Shown in pieces: positions 53,930 to 62,111 of a stretch of 62,111 nt of DNA (positions are counted from its first letter, which is position 1; each line of letters starts with the position of its first letter). This DNA is from an uncultured Myxococcales bacterium. Lineage in GTDB: Bacteria; Myxococcota; Kuafuiibacteriia; Kuafuiibacteriales; Kuafuiibacteriaceae. A program made the translations under genes and the position numbers. Under the pieces are notes generated by a model. It made no database searches, was not told the origin of the DNA, and saw only the letters and a program-made list of their open reading frames with translations. The stretch lies in contig CAYZFR010000001.1 of assembly GCA_964477875.1 (NCBI GenBank), positions 1 to 62,111 of the forward strand. The letters run 5' to 3'.

Positions 53930-55327
53930 TCAGTCCTCGGCGTGCTCGCGAAGGCCGTGGTCGCGCATCTTGTTTTGCAGGCTCTTGCGAGAGATCTCGA
54001 GCCGTCGCGCGGCCTGGGTGACGTTGCCTCCCGTCTCTTCGAGCGCGCGCACGACCAGATCCCGCTCCAGAGACTCGGTGTGTCGCTTGACGATGGCCTT
54101 CAGCGGGCCAACGGCCGGCCGACTCTGCTTGTCCTCCTTCTGGCTCGACGAGGGCCCAGGGGTGCGAAGCTTGGGGGGCAGCTGCTCCGTTTCCAGGGTG
54201 TCGCTCTCTGAAAACAGGACCGCCCGCTCCAGCACGTTCTCGAGCTCGCGGATGTTCCCGGGCCAGTCGTGGTCGACCAGGATCTGGAGCGCCTCCCGAG
54301 AGAGACGCTGAACGTCCTTCCCGAGGCGCTCTCGGTACTTGCCCAAGAAGTGGTCCACCAGCAGCGGAATGTCCTCTCGACGCTCTCGAAGGGGCGGAAG
54401 CCTCAGGGGAACCACATTGAGACGATAGAAGAGATCCTCCCGGAAGCGGCCCGCCGCCACCTCGGCCTCCATGTCGGCGTTGGTCGCCGCCACCAGCCGG
54501 ACGTCGACCCGGATGCTGTCGATGCCGCCCACCCGCTCGAACTCCGACTCCTGAAGCGCCCGCAGCAATTTGGCCTGCATCTCGGGGGGAATCAGACCGA
54601 TCTCGTCGAGGAACAGGGTGCCCTCGTGGGCGAGTTCGAAGCGGCCAGGCTTGGAGGTGACGGCGCCGGTGAAGGCGCCTTTCTCGTAGCCGAAGAGCTC
54701 GGACTCGATGAGGTCCCGGGGGATGGCCGCACAGTTGATCTTGATGAAGGCTCGCGCATGGCGCGCCGACTCCTCGTGCAGGGCCCGCGCGATCAGCTCC
54801 TTGCCGGTTCCGGACTCGCCGGTGACGAGGATGGTGCTGGGGCTGGCCGCGACCTTGCGGATGGTGTCGAAGACCTCGGCCAGCGCCGGGCTCTGGCCCA
54901 CCATGCCGAACTGGCCCATGGCCTCCGCGGCCGGCTCTTGCTCGGACAGCTGCGCGGCGCGGACCGCCTTGCCGATCACGATCTCGAGCTCTGCCCGGTC
55001 GAAGGGCTTGGTCAAGTAGTCGAAGGCGCCCAGCTTCATGGCGTTGACGGCGGTGTCGACGGTGCCATGGGCGGTCAGGACCACGACCGGCATCCGGGGC
55101 CGGCGGCTCCGGACCTCGGACAGCAGCGCCATGCCGTCGACCTCGGGCATGCGAAGGTCGGTAAGCATCACGTCGTGGGCCTCGGTGCCCAGGAGGTCGA
55201 GGGCCTCCTGCCCGTTGGCGACGGTCGTGACTTCGTAGCCTCGCTGCCGAAGAAGGGCAGACAGCACTTTTCGCAGGTTCGCCTCGTCGTCAACGACGAG
55301 GACCCGTGCCGATTCACTTTGCTCCAC
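53930..55327 (-). CDS. sigma-54-dependent response regulator (NtrC family)
   Basis: The receiver domain is VLVVDDE...DVMLTDLRMPEVDG...TKP. The AAA+ domain has GESGTGKE and the GAFTGA loop. The C-terminal Fis-type HTH is GNVTQAARRLEISRKSL. Confidence 0.93.
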   Translation of the reverse strand: MEQSESARVLVVDDEANLRKVLSALLRQRGYEVTTVANGQEALDLLGTEAHDVMLTDLRMPEVDGMALLSEVRSRRPRMPVVVLTAHGTVDTAVNAMKLGAFDYLTKPFDRAELEIVIGKAVRAAQLSEQEPAAEAMGQFGMVGQSPALAEVFDTIRKVAASPSTILVTGESGTGKELIARALHEESARHARAFIKINCAAIPRDLIESELFGYEKGAFTGAVTSKPGRFELAHEGTLFLDEIGLIPPEMQAKLLRALQESEFERVGGIDSIRVDVRLVAATNADMEAEVAAGRFREDLFYRLNVVPLRLPPLRERREDIPLLVDHFLGKYRERLGKDVQRLSREALQILVDHDWPGNIRELENVLERAVLFSESDTLETEQLPPKLRTPGPSSSQKEDKQSRPAVGPLKAIVKRHTESLERDLVVRALEETGGNVTQAARRLEISRKSLQNKMRDHGLREHAED

Positions 55328-55351
55328 CGTGGTCCGGCGGGCAGAGTGGGC

Positions 55352-56509
55352 TCAGAAGTCTTCGCTGTCCAGGGCCTGGAGCACGGTCTGTTGGAAGAGC
55401 TCGGGTTGCTCGACCATCGGAAAGTGACCCGAATCCTCGAACTCGATGCGCGTCAGGTTCGGGATCTGTTCGTACATCTCGTAGGTCGACTCCGGAATGA
55501 AGTCGCAGGCGCCGGTGATCATGGTCGTCCGCGCCTGGACCCCGGGGAGCTCACTTCGCAGATCATAGGGATCTTCTTCCCAGCTCTGGACGATGCTGCC
55601 TGGATACAGGTTGGTCGGCCCGAATCCCGAGATGCCGCCCGAGCTCACGAAGCGGATGTCGAGGCTCCGGAAGGCATCCACGTTCTCCCGACAGACCCAG
55701 GTCTTGGCGAAGATCAGGTAGACCTCGAGAGCACACTGGTTGGGGTCGAAGAAGCAGCGCGGCACGCTCTGCAGATCGTTGATGAACTGGCGATCGCTGG
55801 CCGAGATCCGCTCCGCAGAGCGGTACTTGCTGTTGTAGAGGCCGCGCTCGGCGAAGGTGAGCGGGTAGGGCGAGATGAGCACCATGTCCTCCACCAGGTC
55901 GGGCCGGCGGTTCGCGAGCAGGGTTGCCACCAGCCCGCCGAAGTGGTGGCCGATCACGTCGTAGGGGCGGTCGTCGAAGGTGTGGAAGTAGTCCTCGATC
56001 ACGTTGATCAGGAAAGCGTACTGATTCTCGGTGGTGACGTTGGGCCGGGACAGGGAGCCTTCGTCGGAGCGGCCGGCGCCCGGAAGGTCGACAAAGAAGA
56101 CGAGCCGGTTGGGATCATCCACCCCGCCCGGGCCGAGCAGGAAGTTGGAGGGCTCTATGAAGTACTCGAAGCCCACGCTCGGTCCGTGGGTGAGCATCAG
56201 GACCGGGGTGAGGGTCGAGGTCGCGGAGCCTCGGACTTGCAGCTGGATCCGAGCGTTGGAGATCGAGCGGCGCCCCTGGTAGATCGCGGCCGGGTCGCTG
56301 AATCTCGGGCCCATGTCGGGCTCGGGGCCCATGTCCCCGTCCATCGGGACGCCCTGGTCGAAGGCCCCGAAGTCCGGCCGTACGGGCCCTGCGTCGGGCT
56401 CGGGAAGGACGCCGCCCATGTCCGAGTTGGGCGCGGACGGAACCTGGTCCGAGCACGCCGCCGAAGCGGAGGCGACCAGGAGGGCTAGACCCAGGCGTTC
56501 GAAAATCAT
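55352..56509 (-). CDS. alpha/beta-hydrolase-fold lipoprotein with atypical nucleophile elbow
   Basis: MIFERLGLALLVASASAACSDQ is a lipobox. The fold motifs are LTHGPSVG, VIGHHFGGLVA (His where Ser/Asp/Cys is expected), GACDFI and SGHFPMVEQPE. Confidence 0.8.
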   Translation of the reverse strand: MIFERLGLALLVASASAACSDQVPSAPNSDMGGVLPEPDAGPVRPDFGAFDQGVPMDGDMGPEPDMGPRFSDPAAIYQGRRSISNARIQLQVRGSATSTLTPVLMLTHGPSVGFEYFIEPSNFLLGPGGVDDPNRLVFFVDLPGAGRSDEGSLSRPNVTTENQYAFLINVIEDYFHTFDDRPYDVIGHHFGGLVATLLANRRPDLVEDMVLISPYPLTFAERGLYNSKYRSAERISASDRQFINDLQSVPRCFFDPNQCALEVYLIFAKTWVCRENVDAFRSLDIRFVSSGGISGFGPTNLYPGSIVQSWEEDPYDLRSELPGVQARTTMITGACDFIPESTYEMYEQIPNLTRIEFEDSGHFPMVEQPELFQQTVLQALDSEDF

Positions 56510-56524
56510 CAGCAATGCAGCGAG

Positions 56525-56540
56525 TGCATGTACCGCACCA
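56525..56540 (-). promoter_or_regulatory. candidate sigma-54 (-24/-12) promoter upstream of the alpha/beta-hydrolase gene
   Basis: The minus strand reads TGGTGCGGTACATGCA. GG and GC have the canonical spacing relative to TGGCACG-N4-TTGCW. It lies only ~16 nt from the ATG, which leaves an unusually short leader. Confidence 0.25.
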
Positions 56541-56640
56541 GTCCGCCAGCGCAACGATCGAACGCCCCTAGGGGGGTGCTGGCCGGTCCCGCGCCCCACT
56601 CGCTCAGGGTAAGCATGAGACCAAGGCGGTCAAACTTCGC

Positions 56641-58401
56641 TCAGGGGGCGGGCGTGCGGCTTGCCATCCATGCCCGCCGGACGAGGCCGCGCAGGCGCCA
56701 AGCCAACCAGCCGGTGGCGATGGCGTTCATGACGAGCCAGGCCCGGTCCAGCCAGCTGCCGGTTCCCGGCATTCCGATCAGGTCCCACGGAAGCTGAAGC
56801 CCCAAGTAGAGAAGCAGCATCGCCCAGCCGGTCGCCAGGCCGAGCAGCACGGCCCGCCAGCGGCGCTGGTGAAGCAGGCCCACGACGAGGACGAGCGGGA
56901 TCCCGACGCTCGCCCACAGGGCGGTGGCCACGAATCCGCCCATGCCGGCCCAGCCGAAGGCGCCGGCGGCCAGGCCGCCGCCCAGAAGCGAGCCCAGACG
57001 CACGCCCGCGCCGCCGGGGGTCAAAAGGCCCATCAGCAGGGCGGCCGCCAAGGCCAGCCAGGCCGGGCCGCTGCGCGCGTCCTTGGCCGCTTCCACCGCC
57101 GCCCGGGCGTTGATGAGTCCGTGGCCGAAGCGCGGGTCGTGCCCCTCGGGGCCGAGGTCGCTAGCGGTCCCCTCCACGATCGACCGGACCGCATCCGGAT
57201 CGTTGACCCCCGCCGAGATGACGAGCGCGGCCAGGCCGGCCACGTGGGGGGCGGCCATCGAGGTGCCCTGGTAGGCGAGGTAGGCGTCGGTTCGGTCGAC
57301 CGAGGTGGGGAGGATGGTGTTTTGGAGGATGCCCGCCGCCTCGCCGAGCTGCTTGTTGCCGCCGGGGGCAGCGACGGAGACCTGGGCCCCGTAGCTGCTG
57401 TAGAAGGCCAGCTTGCGGTCGGGCCCGACGGAGCTCACGGCCAGGCTGCCCTTGTAGGCGGCCGGGTACTCGACCCGCTCCCGGGCGCCGTTGCCGGCCG
57501 CGCACACGACCAGGACGCCTTTGTTCACCGCGTGCTTGATCGCCGACTCCATCACGAAGGATCGGGGCCCGCCGCCTAGGCTCATGTTGATGACCCGGGC
57601 CCCCTCGTCGGCGGCGAAGCGAATCGCGTCGGCGATGTCGCCCGCGGTGCCCGCGCCTCGCTTGGACAGCACCTTGAGCGGCATGATGGCCGCCTCGGGT
57701 GCGACGCCGGCCACGCCGAGCGCGTTGTTGGTGGTCTGGGCGATGGTGCCGGAGACGTGGGTGCCGTGGCCGTGGTCGTCGTTGGGGTGGTCGGTGTCCT
57801 TGACGAAGTCGTAGCCGGGAACGAAGGCGGTGCCGCCCAGGTCCTCGACCCGCTTGAAGGTCTTGAAGTCCTCGAAGGCGACGCCGGTATCGATGACGGC
57901 TACGACCACTCCCCGACCCTTGGCGCTCTTCCAGGCGCCGGGCGCGTCGATCATGGGGAAGGACCACTGCTCGCCGTAGCGAGGATCGTTCACCACCGGG
58001 GCGGGCTTTTGGGGCTGGAAGTCTTCGGCCGGGGCTCCGGCGTCGACCGGCTCGATGAGCTCGAAGACGTAGTTGGGCTCGGCGAACTCGACGTCGGGAC
58101 GGCCCTGGAGCGCCCTCGAGACCTCGTCGATGCGGTCGAGTGCGACCTCGCCGGTGTAGATCCGCTCGTCCTCGGCGTGGATGGAGTTCAGCTCGAAGTC
58201 GACATCGAGACGCTCCTCGTAGGCCTCGATGGCCCGGTCCGAGATGTCATCGGCGAAGTCGACCAGGATCTCTTCGCCTCGGGCGACGGCATCGCCGGTT
58301 GCGAACGCATCGGCGACGCGCTGGCTGGTCTCGGCTGGCCCGGCGTAGACGGGCGTCGAAGCCGGCAAGGTCGCAGCCAGGGTTAGGGCCAAGCACTTCA
58401 T
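56641..58401 (-). CDS. subtilisin-like S8 serine protease with I9-like propeptide and polytopic C-terminal membrane domain
   Basis: MKCLALTLAATLPASTPVYA is the signal peptide. The catalytic triad motifs are VAVIDTGV, HGTHVSG and GTSMAAPHVAG. The last ~150 aa contain about five hydrophobic helices. Confidence 0.88.
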   Translation of the reverse strand: MKCLALTLAATLPASTPVYAGPAETSQRVADAFATGDAVARGEEILVDFADDISDRAIEAYEERLDVDFELNSIHAEDERIYTGEVALDRIDEVSRALQGRPDVEFAEPNYVFELIEPVDAGAPAEDFQPQKPAPVVNDPRYGEQWSFPMIDAPGAWKSAKGRGVVVAVIDTGVAFEDFKTFKRVEDLGGTAFVPGYDFVKDTDHPNDDHGHGTHVSGTIAQTTNNALGVAGVAPEAAIMPLKVLSKRGAGTAGDIADAIRFAADEGARVINMSLGGGPRSFVMESAIKHAVNKGVLVVCAAGNGARERVEYPAAYKGSLAVSSVGPDRKLAFYSSYGAQVSVAAPGGNKQLGEAAGILQNTILPTSVDRTDAYLAYQGTSMAAPHVAGLAALVISAGVNDPDAVRSIVEGTASDLGPEGHDPRFGHGLINARAAVEAAKDARSGPAWLALAAALLMGLLTPGGAGVRLGSLLGGGLAAGAFGWAGMGGFVATALWASVGIPLVLVVGLLHQRRWRAVLLGLATGWAMLLLYLGLQLPWDLIGMPGTGSWLDRAWLVMNAIATGWLAWRLRGLVRRAWMASRTPAP

Positions 58402-58473
58402 TGCCCGATGGTCGCCGAAGCGAAGCCCAGGACGCAATCGGGGCCCGCGCTTCGGCGCGCTGCGCGCCTGTGC

Positions 58474-59874
58474 TCAGGGTTTACGGCGCTCGACCGCTTC
58501 GAAGCCGGCCAGCTCGACCTGAGGCTGGACCAGATCGGCGTCTCCCACCATGAGGACGACGATGCGCTCTTCGTCGATGAAGTCGACCGCGGCCCGGCGG
58601 ATCTCCTCGAGCGGGCTCTGGTCGAAGCGGGGGCCGAGCTTCACGAAGTAGTCCGTGGGCAGCGACTGAACGAATAGGCTCGCGGCCGCGCCGGAGACCT
58701 GACCCGCGGTTTGGAACTGACCGGTCAGCGTGCGCACGACGCCGCTCTTGGCCAGCCGCACCTCGTCTTCGCTCAGCGGTTGGGTCTGCAGTCGCGCCAT
58801 CTCGTCCATCATCTCGGCCAGAGCGGCTCCGCTGACGTCGGCTCGCACGGCGGCGTAGGCCACGAAGGCCCCCACGCCCCTGCGAAAGATGGCCTGGCTG
58901 CTGGCGCCATAGGTGTAGCCCTTGTCCTCTCGAAGGTTCAGATTCAGCCGGGAGGAAAAGCTGCCGCCGAAGACTTCGTTGGCGATCGTCAGCGGCACCT
59001 CGGCCGCGTCGCCTTTGGGCGGGAGCGGCCGAGCGGCGAGGATCAGGGTCTGAGGCGCGCCCGGCTTGTCGATGAGGACGATCCGCCGGGCGGGCGGAGG
59101 CTCGACGGCGGGGATCTCGGGGACCCGAGCCTCGCCCTTCCAGCCGCCGAGGGCGGCCCGGGCGAGCGCGACCACTTCTTCGTGGGGCAGCGCGCCGGCC
59201 GCGATGAGCGCCGAGCCTTTCGGACCGAGGATCTCGCCGAAGTGGGCCTTTACGCGGGCGAGGTCCAAGTCCTTCACCGACGCCGGCGTCCCTTGGGGCG
59301 GGTGTCCGAGGGGATGTTTCTTTCCGTACAGCAGCGCGGGCAGCTCGCTGAACGCGATCCCTTGGGGTGCGTTTCGGCTGCGGGTCAAGGAGGCGAGGGT
59401 CTGGGCCTTTACGCGCTCGAAGTCCTCCATCTGCAGCCGGGGCATCTGGACGGCGAGTCGGAGCAGCTCGAGCATGAGCGCCGCGTGCCGAGACAGGCCG
59501 CTGATGCTGACGCTGCCGGAGTCCCTTCCTGCCTGCGCGCCGAAGGTGGCTCCCAGGTCGGCGACCCGGTCCGAAAAAGCGAGGGCGTCCAGGTCCCCGG
59601 CCCCCTCCTCGAGCATCGCGTAGGTGAAGCTGGTGAGCCCGGAGGCGCCGGAGGGGTCGGCGGCCGAACCGCCCCTGGTCACCAGGCTGAAGGACACCAC
59701 CGGCAGGTCCGCGGTCTGGGCCGAATACACTTCGAGGCCGTTGGGGAGGACGGTCCGCTCGAAGCTGGGAAGCACCGGGGGCTCCGGGGGCGGTACCGGG
59801 GGCGGCTCGCTTCGCCAGTCGGCGCTGGCGCCCAGGCTGAGGAGGGCAAGGGCGACACAATGGGGTGCGTTCAC
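58474..59874 (-). CDS. M16-family peptidase, non-catalytic (no HxxEH) subunit
   Basis: The GTG start overlaps the upstream stop as GTGA at 59871-59874. It has the M16 fold pattern (LPNGLEVYS...SFSLVTRGGSA) but lacks the zinc motif. Confidence 0.82.
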   Translation of the reverse strand: MNAPHCVALALLSLGASADWRSEPPPVPPPEPPVLPSFERTVLPNGLEVYSAQTADLPVVSFSLVTRGGSAADPSGASGLTSFTYAMLEEGAGDLDALAFSDRVADLGATFGAQAGRDSGSVSISGLSRHAALMLELLRLAVQMPRLQMEDFERVKAQTLASLTRSRNAPQGIAFSELPALLYGKKHPLGHPPQGTPASVKDLDLARVKAHFGEILGPKGSALIAAGALPHEEVVALARAALGGWKGEARVPEIPAVEPPPARRIVLIDKPGAPQTLILAARPLPPKGDAAEVPLTIANEVFGGSFSSRLNLNLREDKGYTYGASSQAIFRRGVGAFVAYAAVRADVSGAALAEMMDEMARLQTQPLSEDEVRLAKSGVVRTLTGQFQTAGQVSGAAASLFVQSLPTDYFVKLGPRFDQSPLEEIRRAAVDFIDEERIVVLMVGDADLVQPQVELAGFEAVERRKP

Positions 59875-61256
59875 GAGGCCTCTCCTTCCGCCGCCGGCGC
59901 GGCCTTCAGCACGATGCGCTTGTCGTCGAGGAGCTTCATGGCCTCCTTCAGATCCGCCAGGTCGACCTCCCGGTGGCGAGCCACGTCCCAGCCGAGCTTC
60001 CCTGGGTCGTCCAGAAAGTGCTGGTACATTTGAAGGCGCTCGGCCCGTCCGCCGAATCCGCCCAGCGACTGGAGGCTGGACAGGGTCGAGGTCTCCCAGT
60101 CGTTCTGGGCCCGGCGGAGCTCGGCCGGGGTGGGGGGCTGGGTGCGAAGCCCGGCCAGCACCTCGTCGATGGCGGCCAGGCCCTCGTCGGTGCGGCGGCC
60201 TTCCTTCATGACCATGTCGATCTGAAAAACCGACGCCGCCTCCATCTCTCGAAAGGAGGCGGTGACGGCCTGAGCCATCGGGTCCTCGTAGGAGACCTTC
60301 CGGTCGAGTCGGGAGGAGCGCTCGCCGCTGATGACGTGGGCCAACAGGTCCAGGGCGGCCGTGCCCTCGGCGAAGGCCGGCGGCCCTCGCCAGGCCACCG
60401 AGAGCTTTTCCAGCTTGCCGACCGGCTCGACGAAGTCGACGAGCTCCTCGGCCGGGATGGGCTTGGTCTCGACCGTGACCGGCGCCGGCGCCGGTTGGCC
60501 CTGCAGCGGGCCGAAGTACTTCTCGATGAGGGCCTTGGTGGCCTTGGGCTCGAAGTCCCCGGCCAGGGTCAGGGTCGCATTGGCCGGCGTGTAGTTGGTC
60601 TCGAAGAAGTCGGCCACGTCGGCGAGGGAGGCGGCGGCGATGTCCTCCATGCTTCCGATGACGTCTCCGAAATACGGGTGGGGGGCGGGGAAGAGAAGCT
60701 TGGTCAGCTTCTCGGACATCAGGCCGTAGGGCCGGTTCTCGACCGACTGCCGGCGCTCGTTTTGCACGACCTCGATCTGATTGGCGAGGCTGTCCTCGGT
60801 GAGGGCCGGCAGCAGAAAGCCCATCCGGTCCGACTCCAGCCACAGGGCGGTCTCGAGGGCGTTGGAGGGGACCGTCTCGAAGTAGTTGGTTCGGTCGAAG
60901 TTGGTGGTGCCGTTGACGCCGGTGGCGCCGACCGCCTGAAGGATCTCGAAGTGCCGGTCCTCGGGGACGTGCGCGGAGCCCTGGAACATCATGTGCTCGA
61001 ACAGGTGGGCAAAGCCGGAGCGGCCGGGCCGCTCCTCCAGCGCGCCGACGTCGTACCAGACGCTGACTGCGACCAGCGGCAGTCGAGCGTCTCGGTGGAG
61101 GATGACGGTGAGTCCGTTGTCGAGCTGATAGCGCTCGAAGGCCAAGGAGAGCTCGGGCCCTTCGGGCGGCGAGGCGGCGGGGAGCTCGGCCCCGCCGCCG
61201 CTCTGGCAGGCGCAGAGGCCGAGGCCCAGCGCGAGCAAGGTTTCGCGGTAGCGCAT
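59871..61256 (-). CDS. M16-family zinc peptidase (pitrilysin-like), lipoprotein
   Basis: MRYRETLLALGLGLCACQ is a lipobox. GFAHLFEHMMFQGS contains the HxxEH zinc motif. ERRQSVENRPYG contains the downstream Glu. Confidence 0.9.
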   Translation of the reverse strand: MRYRETLLALGLGLCACQSGGGAELPAASPPEGPELSLAFERYQLDNGLTVILHRDARLPLVAVSVWYDVGALEERPGRSGFAHLFEHMMFQGSAHVPEDRHFEILQAVGATGVNGTTNFDRTNYFETVPSNALETALWLESDRMGFLLPALTEDSLANQIEVVQNERRQSVENRPYGLMSEKLTKLLFPAPHPYFGDVIGSMEDIAAASLADVADFFETNYTPANATLTLAGDFEPKATKALIEKYFGPLQGQPAPAPVTVETKPIPAEELVDFVEPVGKLEKLSVAWRGPPAFAEGTAALDLLAHVISGERSSRLDRKVSYEDPMAQAVTASFREMEAASVFQIDMVMKEGRRTDEGLAAIDEVLAGLRTQPPTPAELRRAQNDWETSTLSSLQSLGGFGGRAERLQMYQHFLDDPGKLGWDVARHREVDLADLKEAMKLLDDKRIVLKAAPAAEGEAS

Positions 61257-61330
61257 CGTGAGGCGGGGTCGTAGCGCTCTCGGGCCAGCGGGTCGAGCGA
61301 AGGTGTGCCCAAGTCCGGGGTCCGGGTGCT

Positions 61331-61933
61331 ATGCACGGGCCCGTGGATCCGTTCGCCGGTCTTCGAAGCCCGCTGCGGGCAGCTCGGCAGAGCCTGGAGA
61401 GCCTCATCGAGGAGGAGCAGCGGCGGGCGGAGCTCCACGTTCAGCTGATTCGAAGCCTGGAGCCCGACGCCTCCAGGGATCGCGTCGCCCACATCATGGT
61501 CCAAAGATGGGTGAGGGTGGCCACGGTGGAGGGCGGCCTGACGGGTGCAGCAGGCGTGTTCGGCATCCCGCTGAACTGGATCCTGTTCACCTACTGCCAA
61601 GTGGCCGTGACGGTGTCGGTGGCGACGGCCTACGGCACCAAGCTGGAGGGCAGAGGGGGGCGCGACGCGGTCCTCGCCACCATCGGCCGGGCCCACGGCC
61701 TCGGCGAAATGGTCCGGGCCTCGCCCCGGATCCTGGGGGCCTTGGCCCGTCGTCTCGCGCTGCGTCGAGGCCTCGGGATGCTGGGACGCTGGGTGCCGGT
61801 GGTGGCTGCGCCGATCGGCGCGCGCCTCAACCAGCGAGATCTGCAGCGGACCGGCGACGAAGCGCTGCGTCGCTTCGGCGCGGTGCTGCTGCTGCCCCCC
61901 GCGGATCTTGCCCCGAGCGTCGCGCGCGATTAA
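61331..61933 (+). CDS. EcsC-family protein
   Basis: 200 aa. GGLTGAAGVFGIPLNWILFTYCQVAVTVSVATAYG and the following helices resemble the EcsC family. The assignment is from memory. Confidence 0.6.
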   Translation: MHGPVDPFAGLRSPLRAARQSLESLIEEEQRRAELHVQLIRSLEPDASRDRVAHIMVQRWVRVATVEGGLTGAAGVFGIPLNWILFTYCQVAVTVSVATAYGTKLEGRGGRDAVLATIGRAHGLGEMVRASPRILGALARRLALRRGLGMLGRWVPVVAAPIGARLNQRDLQRTGDEALRRFGAVLLLPPADLAPSVARD

Positions 61934-61945
61934 GCACGCCGCAGG

Positions 61946-62111
61946 ATGGCCACGAAGAAGAAGACCTCGACGAAGAAGAAAGCGTCCTCCAAGAAGGCGT
62001 CGACCAAGAAGAAGGCGGCCTCGAAGAAGAAGTCGTCGACCAAGAAGAAGGCGGCCTCGAAGAAGAAGTCGCCGACCAAGAAGAAGGCGGCCTCGAAGAA
62101 GAAGTCGCCGG
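61946..62111 (+). CDS. Lys/Ala/Ser-rich histone H1-like basic repeat protein (5' partial, runs off the window)
   Basis: The ATG at 61946 opens MATKKKTSTKKKASSKKASTKKKAASKKKSSTKKKAASKKKSPTKKKAASKKKSP, with no stop before the window end. This ORF is not in the supplied track. Confidence 0.7.
   Translation, partial: MATKKKTSTKKKASSKKASTKKKAASKKKSSTKKKAASKKKSPTKKKAASKKKSP
62003..62110 (+). repeat. three tandem 36-nt coding repeats (TKKKAASKKKS[S/P])
   Basis: ACCAAGAAGAAGGCGGCCTCGAAGAAGAAGTCG(T/C)CG occurs at 62003, 62039 and 62075. The copies are identical except for one position. Confidence 0.9.

Noticed and set aside
58474-61407. 977-aa ORF, and the 459-aa ORF at 58481-59860.
   Set aside because: The region is better explained as two M16 genes joined by a GTGA overlap at 59871-59874. 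The long N-terminal extension is an out-of-frame reading of the upstream M16 gene.

Overview
High-GC, gene-dense chromosomal segment. It looks like a Myxococcota genome: one MYXO-CTERM-type sorting tail, many lipobox lipoproteins, a Ser/Thr kinase with a PEGA partner, and a sigma-54 enhancer-binding protein. I call 50 protein-coding genes (one cut by the right edge) and 2 tRNAs (Leu-CAA, Ala-GGC). I saw no rRNA, CRISPR array, transposase, integrase or prophage genes. Start/stop overlaps (ATGA, GTGA, TTGA) are frequent, so many genes sit in tight operons. Recognisable core metabolism: SahR-like regulator plus metH, cystathionine beta-synthase, metY, metX plus bifunctional aspartokinase/homoserine dehydrogenase, nadC plus birA, an amidase and an AlkA-like glycosylase. 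The rest is envelope or secreted: lipoproteins, beta-barrel-like proteins, an S8 and M16 protease block, and a DUF1592/DUF1552 pair. The best candidate for an undescribed system is a tight three-gene block at 28887->25626 (minus strand): a clear bacterial homolog of eukaryotic PLSCR phospholipid scramblases, then a RavA-like MoxR AAA+ ATPase, then a ViaA-like VWA protein. Secondary candidates: (a) a periplasmic redox island at 31.9-39.7 kb, with two paralogous propeller plus di-haem peroxidase-like lipoproteins bracketing a cytochrome-less GMC flavoprotein dehydrogenase; (b) a collagen-stalked lipoprotein metallophosphatase next to an NhaR-type LysR regulator; (c) an S8 protease with a polytopic C-terminal membrane domain; (d) an alpha/beta hydrolase with His at the nucleophile position. 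All family calls come from motif recognition by eye, with no database search. Many long ORFs in the supplied track are high-GC antisense or out-of-frame artefacts and were discarded.
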